A DNA stretch of 64,000 nucleotides, taken from the NCBI GenBank assembly GCA_016283295.1, contig JAEEMQ010000030.1:11482-75481 (forward strand), in the 5' to 3' direction. The stretch is from Alphaproteobacteria bacterium. Its GTDB lineage: Bacteria > Pseudomonadota > Alphaproteobacteria > RF32 > CAG-239. Shown here piece by piece: positions 59,439 to 64,000 of the stretch; the first letter of the stretch is position 1; each line of letters opens with the position of its first letter. The notes beneath the pieces were generated by a model. The model did no database searches. It was given only the letters and a program-made list of their open reading frames with translations, and was not told the origin of the DNA. The position numbers were made by a program, and so were the translations under genes.

Positions 59439-61958
59439 TTAATCCATTTTTTTGGCTTCAATGCGCATAGCGTAGAAAGAACGCCATACAAATACCAAAC
59501 CGATGGCTAAGAAGGTGCAGGCAATGCCCAGGGCAAGGTTCGGATTTTCTTCCGATACTTTTGCCGACATTTCCGCAGCGAGCAAACCGAACAGAGTGGT
59601 AAATTTAATAATCGGGTTCAAGGCAACCGAAGCCGTATCTTTGTACGGATCGCCCACCGTGTCGCCGACAACCGAAGCATCATGCAAAGCCGTACCTTTT
59701 TCGTTTAAGTCAACTTCAACCACCTTCTTGGCGTTATCCCAAGCACCGCCGGCATTAGCCATATACAATGCCTGATACAAGCCGAAAATGGCGATGGAAA
59801 CCAGATAGCTGGCGAACAATTCCGGACCGAAGAAAGCAAACGCGATTGCGAACGAGAAAATCACGATAAAGATATTGAACATACCTTTTTGCGCATATTG
59901 TGTGCAAATCTTCACCACCGTCTTGGAATCTTCAACCGAAGCAGCTTTCTTGGTATCAAGCTTAATGTGCTCTTTAATGTAGTTTACGGCACGATAAGCA
60001 CCGGTGGAAACGGCTTGAATCGCCGCACCGGAGAACCAATAAATCACAGCGCCGCCCAAAATCATACCGATTAATACGCGCGCGTCAATCAGGTTCAACT
60101 GCAGATTCAACAACAAAATGATTGAGAAAATCATGGTGGTTGCACCGATTACGGCCGTACCGATTAATACCGGCTTGGAAGTTGCCTTAAAGGTATTACC
60201 GGCCGAATCGTTGGCTTCGAGCAAGTGTTTACCGTGTTCAAAGTCCGGCTCAAAATCATAATCCTTCTTGATTTCTTTTTTGATGCCTTTGATGCTCTCA
60301 ATCTGCGACAATTCAAATACCGATTGCGCATTGTCGGTAACCGGACCGTAGCTGTCTACGGCAATCGTCACCGGGCCCATGCCGAGCATACCGAAAGCAA
60401 CCAAACCGAAGGCAAATACCGTCGGATAAATCATGATTGCGCCGATGTGAGCTTGCGGCAAAATCTCGTAACCGAGCCAGATGCTCAACCATTCGGCAAC
60501 ATGGCCGGAGGCAGTAGCATAAGCCAAAGCCATCAAACCGGCGATAACCACACCCTGCCAGAAACCGGAGAAGTTACCGGATACGATACCGGACAGAATG
60601 TTCAACGAAGCACCGGCTTCGCGACTGGCATTTACAACTTCTTGTACGTGCTTAGACTTGGAAGATGTAAAGATTTTGGTAAATTCCGGAATAATCGCCG
60701 CAGCCAAAGTACCGCAGCTGATGATTACCGACATTTCCCACCAGATGTACGGACCGAAGTTCTTTGGCGGCAACATCAGATAAGAAGCACCGAAGGTAAC
60801 GGCAATCGAAATCAGCGACGTAATCCAAATCAGGCTGGTCAACGGTTTTTCAAAGTCAAATTCTCTGGACTTGCCGTAAATTAATTTGGCGAAGAATCCG
60901 TTAATGGCATAAGAGAATACCGAAGTGATAATCATCAAAATACGCATTACGAAAATCCAGGCAATCAAACGAGCCTGCAGTTGCGGAGCATTGATGTCGG
61001 CAGCCAAAGAACCGTCAGCCGTAAAGAAGTGGCCGGCAGCCAAAACAATGAAGCTGATTAAGGCAACACCGGTAACGCCGTAGGTTTCAAAACCGTCGGC
61101 GGTCGGGCCGCAGGAATCGCCGGCATTGTCGCCGGTGCAGTCGGCAATAACGCCCGGATTACGTGCGTCGTCTTCGTCAATTTTGAAGATAATCTTCATC
61201 AGGTCGGCACCGATATCGGCGATTTTGGTAAAGATACCGCCGCAAATACGCAGGGCCGAAGCGCCCAAGGATTCACCGATGGCAAAGCCGATAAAGCAAG
61301 CGCCGGCGGTTTCACGCGGAACAAACACCAAAATGAACATCATCATAATCAATTCAACGCAAATCAGCAATACACCGATGGACATACCGGAGCGCAGCGG
61401 CAGGTGCATAACCGGATAAGCATTACCCTTAAGCGAGGCAAAAGAAGTGCGAGAGTTGGCATAAGTGTTAATACGCATACCGAACCATGCTACCGTAAAC
61501 GAACCCAAAATACCCAGGATCGACCACAACAGAATAATGGCAACCTGCGGCAACGGAGTAGCGTTTAAGCCTGCGAAATAATAAACGATGCACGCACCGA
61601 TAAACAGTTCCAAAACAAACAACAGTTTGGCTTGCTGTTTCATATATGTAGTGCAGGTGGCGTAAATGGTTTCCGATACCTTGAGCATTGCGTCGTGAGC
61701 CGGCATTTTCTTAATGCTCAAAAATTCCCACAAACCGAAAATCATACCCAAGAGGCAGATACCCATACCGCACAAAAGTAACAAATTGCCGGTGATAGGA
61801 TAGCCGAAAATCGTATCATGACCGAAAATGCTATAAGTCGCAACGCCCAGATCAGGAATAACCAAATCCAGTTCCGAGGCGGATGCAACGTTTATAGCAG
61901 AAAACAATATAGTCAAGGCTGATAATGCAACCTTACAAATCTTTGCTTTGCTAAACAT
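59439..61958 (-). CDS. hppA: Membrane-bound proton-translocating pyrophosphatase (divergent, long form)
   Basis: 839 aa, polytopic. Motifs …GGIFTKIADIGADL…, …DDARNPGVIADCTGDNAGD…, …VDSYGPVTDNA…, …GNTFKA…, …GGAWDNAKK…, …VGDTVGDPYKDT…. AAGGAAGG SD. Confidence 0.92.
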   Translation of the reverse strand: MFSKAKICKVALSALTILFSAINVASASELDLVIPDLGVATYSIFGHDTIFGYPITGNLLLLCGMGICLLGMIFGLWEFLSIKKMPAHDAMLKVSETIYATCTTYMKQQAKLLFVLELFIGACIVYYFAGLNATPLPQVAIILLWSILGILGSFTVAWFGMRINTYANSRTSFASLKGNAYPVMHLPLRSGMSIGVLLICVELIMMMFILVFVPRETAGACFIGFAIGESLGASALRICGGIFTKIADIGADLMKIIFKIDEDDARNPGVIADCTGDNAGDSCGPTADGFETYGVTGVALISFIVLAAGHFFTADGSLAADINAPQLQARLIAWIFVMRILMIITSVFSYAINGFFAKLIYGKSREFDFEKPLTSLIWITSLISIAVTFGASYLMLPPKNFGPYIWWEMSVIISCGTLAAAIIPEFTKIFTSSKSKHVQEVVNASREAGASLNILSGIVSGNFSGFWQGVVIAGLMALAYATASGHVAEWLSIWLGYEILPQAHIGAIMIYPTVFAFGLVAFGMLGMGPVTIAVDSYGPVTDNAQSVFELSQIESIKGIKKEIKKDYDFEPDFEHGKHLLEANDSAGNTFKATSKPVLIGTAVIGATTMIFSIILLLNLQLNLIDARVLIGMILGGAVIYWFSGAAIQAVSTGAYRAVNYIKEHIKLDTKKAASVEDSKTVVKICTQYAQKGMFNIFIVIFSFAIAFAFFGPELFASYLVSIAIFGLYQALYMANAGGAWDNAKKVVEVDLNEKGTALHDASVVGDTVGDPYKDTASVALNPIIKFTTLFGLLAAEMSAKVSEENPNLALGIACTFLAIGLVFVWRSFYAMRIEAKKMD

Positions 61959-62070
61959 TTTTCCTTCCTTTTTAAAATTAAACTTTGGCCAAAGTAATCT
62001 TATTACCCTGACCGGTTGAGTGTATACTAAAGCATAAAAAAATACTTTTCACTATCTTTATGATAAAATT

Positions 62071-62817
62071 TTACATATCGTGGATAATTTCTTCGGGCTG
62101 CAGGTCTTTTTTCTCGGCTTCGATGTATGTTTTGCCGTTAACGTCGGTATGATAAACGTCGGCGCCGGCGGCAATAAGCTGCAACGAAATGTCGGAATTA
62201 CCGTAGGCTTCGGCATAAAACAAAGCGGTGCGGCCGTTTTGATCTTCCTGGTTTACGTCGGCACCGGCCTCAAGCAAAATAGCTACAATCTCGCCGTTCC
62301 ACGCATTAGTGGCGGCCTTCATCAGCGGAGTACCGAGCGGAGTTTCCTGGTTTATATCCGCGCCCAAATCTATGAGCAAACGCACCGTTTCCACGGCATA
62401 TTTCATTTCTTTGGCCGCGGCTTTTTTGAAGTCGTCCGCCATTTTTTCACGGTCGCGCGGTGACAGTTCGCCGATAAAAACTCTCGCGGCCTCGACCTGT
62501 ATGCGATCCGCCGCCGTAACGGCATAAATCAACGGAGTTTCTCCGGTCGGCGGCACCGGCGTATTCAAATCGGCCCCGTTATCCGCCAAAAAACGCAACA
62601 CCTGCGGCACACGCGCCGAAGTAAGCGCAAAATAAAACAACGGCCGATTATGCGAATCATGCATATTCACATCAAGCCCTTCCGCCGTCATTTTTTCCAG
62701 CGCGGCCACATCGTTCTTTTTTACGGCGGCTTCAACGTCGGCAACGCTCGGAGCGGCAACGCTGACGGATACCGGCCATAAAAGCAAACCGAACAATATC
62801 GAAATTATGTACTTCAC
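62071..62817 (-). CDS. Exported ankyrin-repeat protein
   Basis: 248 aa. Signal peptide MKYIISILFGLLLWPVSVSVAAPS. At least 4 ANK repeats (…GADVNQEDQNGRTALFYAEAYGNSDISLQLIAAGADV…). The GTG start overlaps the upstream stop (GTGA). Confidence 0.85.
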   Translation of the reverse strand: MKYIISILFGLLLWPVSVSVAAPSVADVEAAVKKNDVAALEKMTAEGLDVNMHDSHNRPLFYFALTSARVPQVLRFLADNGADLNTPVPPTGETPLIYAVTAADRIQVEAARVFIGELSPRDREKMADDFKKAAAKEMKYAVETVRLLIDLGADINQETPLGTPLMKAATNAWNGEIVAILLEAGADVNQEDQNGRTALFYAEAYGNSDISLQLIAAGADVYHTDVNGKTYIEAEKKDLQPEEIIHDM

Positions 62818-63788
62818 TTACTTGATTTCCTCTTGGTTGCAGGTGCGGACACCTTAGATGATTTACGTTGGTTCTTTTTCTTTTTGGCGGCTTTGGCGGT
62901 CAGATTTGCAGGTGTTTCCTCCGCCTCCGCCGGAATTTCTCTTTCCAAATGAGCATTAATTTCGGCCGCGGCAAGCTCCCGATGCAGTTGCTCCGTTTCT
63001 TCCATACGAATATATTGCGCCTGCGCAAACAGATAAAACACCGTTACGATTATCAGTTTAAGCAGATTGTCGGCAAAATCGGTTGCCACCGCCGTCGTAA
63101 GAGTGTCGTATTCGAAGGCAACACGGCTGAAAAATCCGTAAGCGTTCATGCTTATAATCAACAACATTATCGCCAGCAGCAAGAACATCATCACGCTGAT
63201 ATACGAACGACCGCTCGTATGGTTATACACCTTACCCAAAGCAAAACCGCCGGTATTCATATAATAAGCAAAACACGCCGCGCACCGTATCATCATCAAC
63301 GGTATCATCAGCAATACGAACACTATCAGAAAATATCCGAACTCAATTTCAAAATCCGGTTCGGCCGGACGCTGAATGATATAATATGCCACCAGCAAAG
63401 AAATTGCCGCCCCCACAAAAAATCCGGCCAGAATTACGGTTATATTGAGTTTTTGTTTGCTGACGGCAAACACGTCCCGCGATTTAAATACACTGTTCTT
63501 GAACAACGCATTATGCAAATCCGTCGTAAATGCGCAAATAAGATAAGTCAGCAACAAATAAAATATGCACATGGCAACAATTACCACATATTTGTTGTCA
63601 GGCAAAGTAACACACCAGAATTCCGGTTCGTCGCCGCGGCAAGAATAAGACCAGTTCCCGAACAGCGCATCCGTAATCGTTATTACGGCGGCATAGGCTC
63701 CGAAAATTCTCCACTGGCGGCAAGCGCGCACCAACAGTTGTCCCCACGTTTGCAAAACTCCGAAAAATGTATACTTGTTTTTACGCAT
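62814..63788 (-). CDS. Polytopic membrane protein with a Lys-rich C-terminal tail, hypothetical
   Basis: 324 aa with about 5-6 TM helices. C-terminus …AKAAKKKKNQRKSSKVSAPATKRKSSK. Translationally coupled to the ankyrin gene. Confidence 0.65.
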   Translation of the reverse strand: MRKNKYTFFGVLQTWGQLLVRACRQWRIFGAYAAVITITDALFGNWSYSCRGDEPEFWCVTLPDNKYVVIVAMCIFYLLLTYLICAFTTDLHNALFKNSVFKSRDVFAVSKQKLNITVILAGFFVGAAISLLVAYYIIQRPAEPDFEIEFGYFLIVFVLLMIPLMMIRCAACFAYYMNTGGFALGKVYNHTSGRSYISVMMFLLLAIMLLIISMNAYGFFSRVAFEYDTLTTAVATDFADNLLKLIIVTVFYLFAQAQYIRMEETEQLHRELAAAEINAHLEREIPAEAEETPANLTAKAAKKKKNQRKSSKVSAPATKRKSSK

Positions 63789-63789
63789 T

Positions 63790-64000
63790 TTACAATTCCT
63801 TTACCAAGGTTACGCCGGAAACCGCGCGGATATTGGTCATCAGCTTGCCGTTATCCAGCGCATAACTGTTTTTCAGCTGAATTCTGACATCCCAATCCGG
63901 CAATTCCGGCTCTATATATATTTTATACGGTCCGTAATCTTCGTGCGACAGCATTTCTCTGATTGGACGCACCGCCGCCACATCGGATATACCGATTACC
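63790..64000 (-). CDS. C-terminal part of an unidentified protein (ORF continues beyond the right edge)
   Basis: The track lists GTG 63981, but the same frame stays open to position 64000 (…VIGISDVAAVRPIREMLSHEDYGPYKIYIEPELPDWDVRIQ…). The stop is 1 nt before the next ATG. Family not recognised. Confidence 0.5.
   Translation of the reverse strand, partial: VIGISDVAAVRPIREMLSHEDYGPYKIYIEPELPDWDVRIQLKNSYALDNGKLMTNIRAVSGVTLVKEL

Overview
This is a gene-dense 64-kb chromosomal segment with about 60 protein-coding genes. I found no rRNA, tRNA, CRISPR array, IS element or prophage. All calls come from reading the supplied translations and the DNA by eye (motifs, start-codon/SD context, hairpins); no database search was possible. 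Core content: sufB-(mazG-like)-sufC-sufD; pgpA; eno; rpsU; pfk; addB-addA-trxA; rph-rdgB; aroK; xerD; a DsbA-like oxidoreductase; atpI-atpB-atpE-atpF'-atpF (an F0 operon with both b' and b); fba; greA; a parA-like/J-domain/tgt/LOG/ABC operon; GST; an RND efflux operon (MFP-RND-OMF); rpoH; rluD; marC; and a membrane H+-PPase. The combination of two-subunit AddAB next to trxA, a b/b' F0 operon with atpI, and RpoH suggests an alphaproteobacterium-like Gram-negative host (inference). Two stretches look accessory. (i) About 4.6-16.8 kb is a run of exported or unknown proteins, several with their own sigma70-like (often extended -10) promoter and hairpin terminator. It is dominated by a 1484-aa lipoprotein with five ~180-aa tandem modules, whose AAG/GAG/ACC-rich codon usage visibly departs from the AAA/GAA/CCG-rich neighbours. 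(ii) 51.2-58.7 kb is a five-gene co-directional cluster ending in a VirD4/TraG-type type IV coupling ATPase, with no channel, relaxase or integrase genes in the window. Its four partners are unrecognisable proteins carrying poly-Asp tracts, a duplicated 2-TM module and a nuclease-like C-terminal domain. I regard (ii) as the best candidate for an undescribed system. A Cys-rich secreted-protein gene runs off the left edge (1-664, minus strand) and is absent from the ORF track; a partial gene at the right edge is truncated in it.
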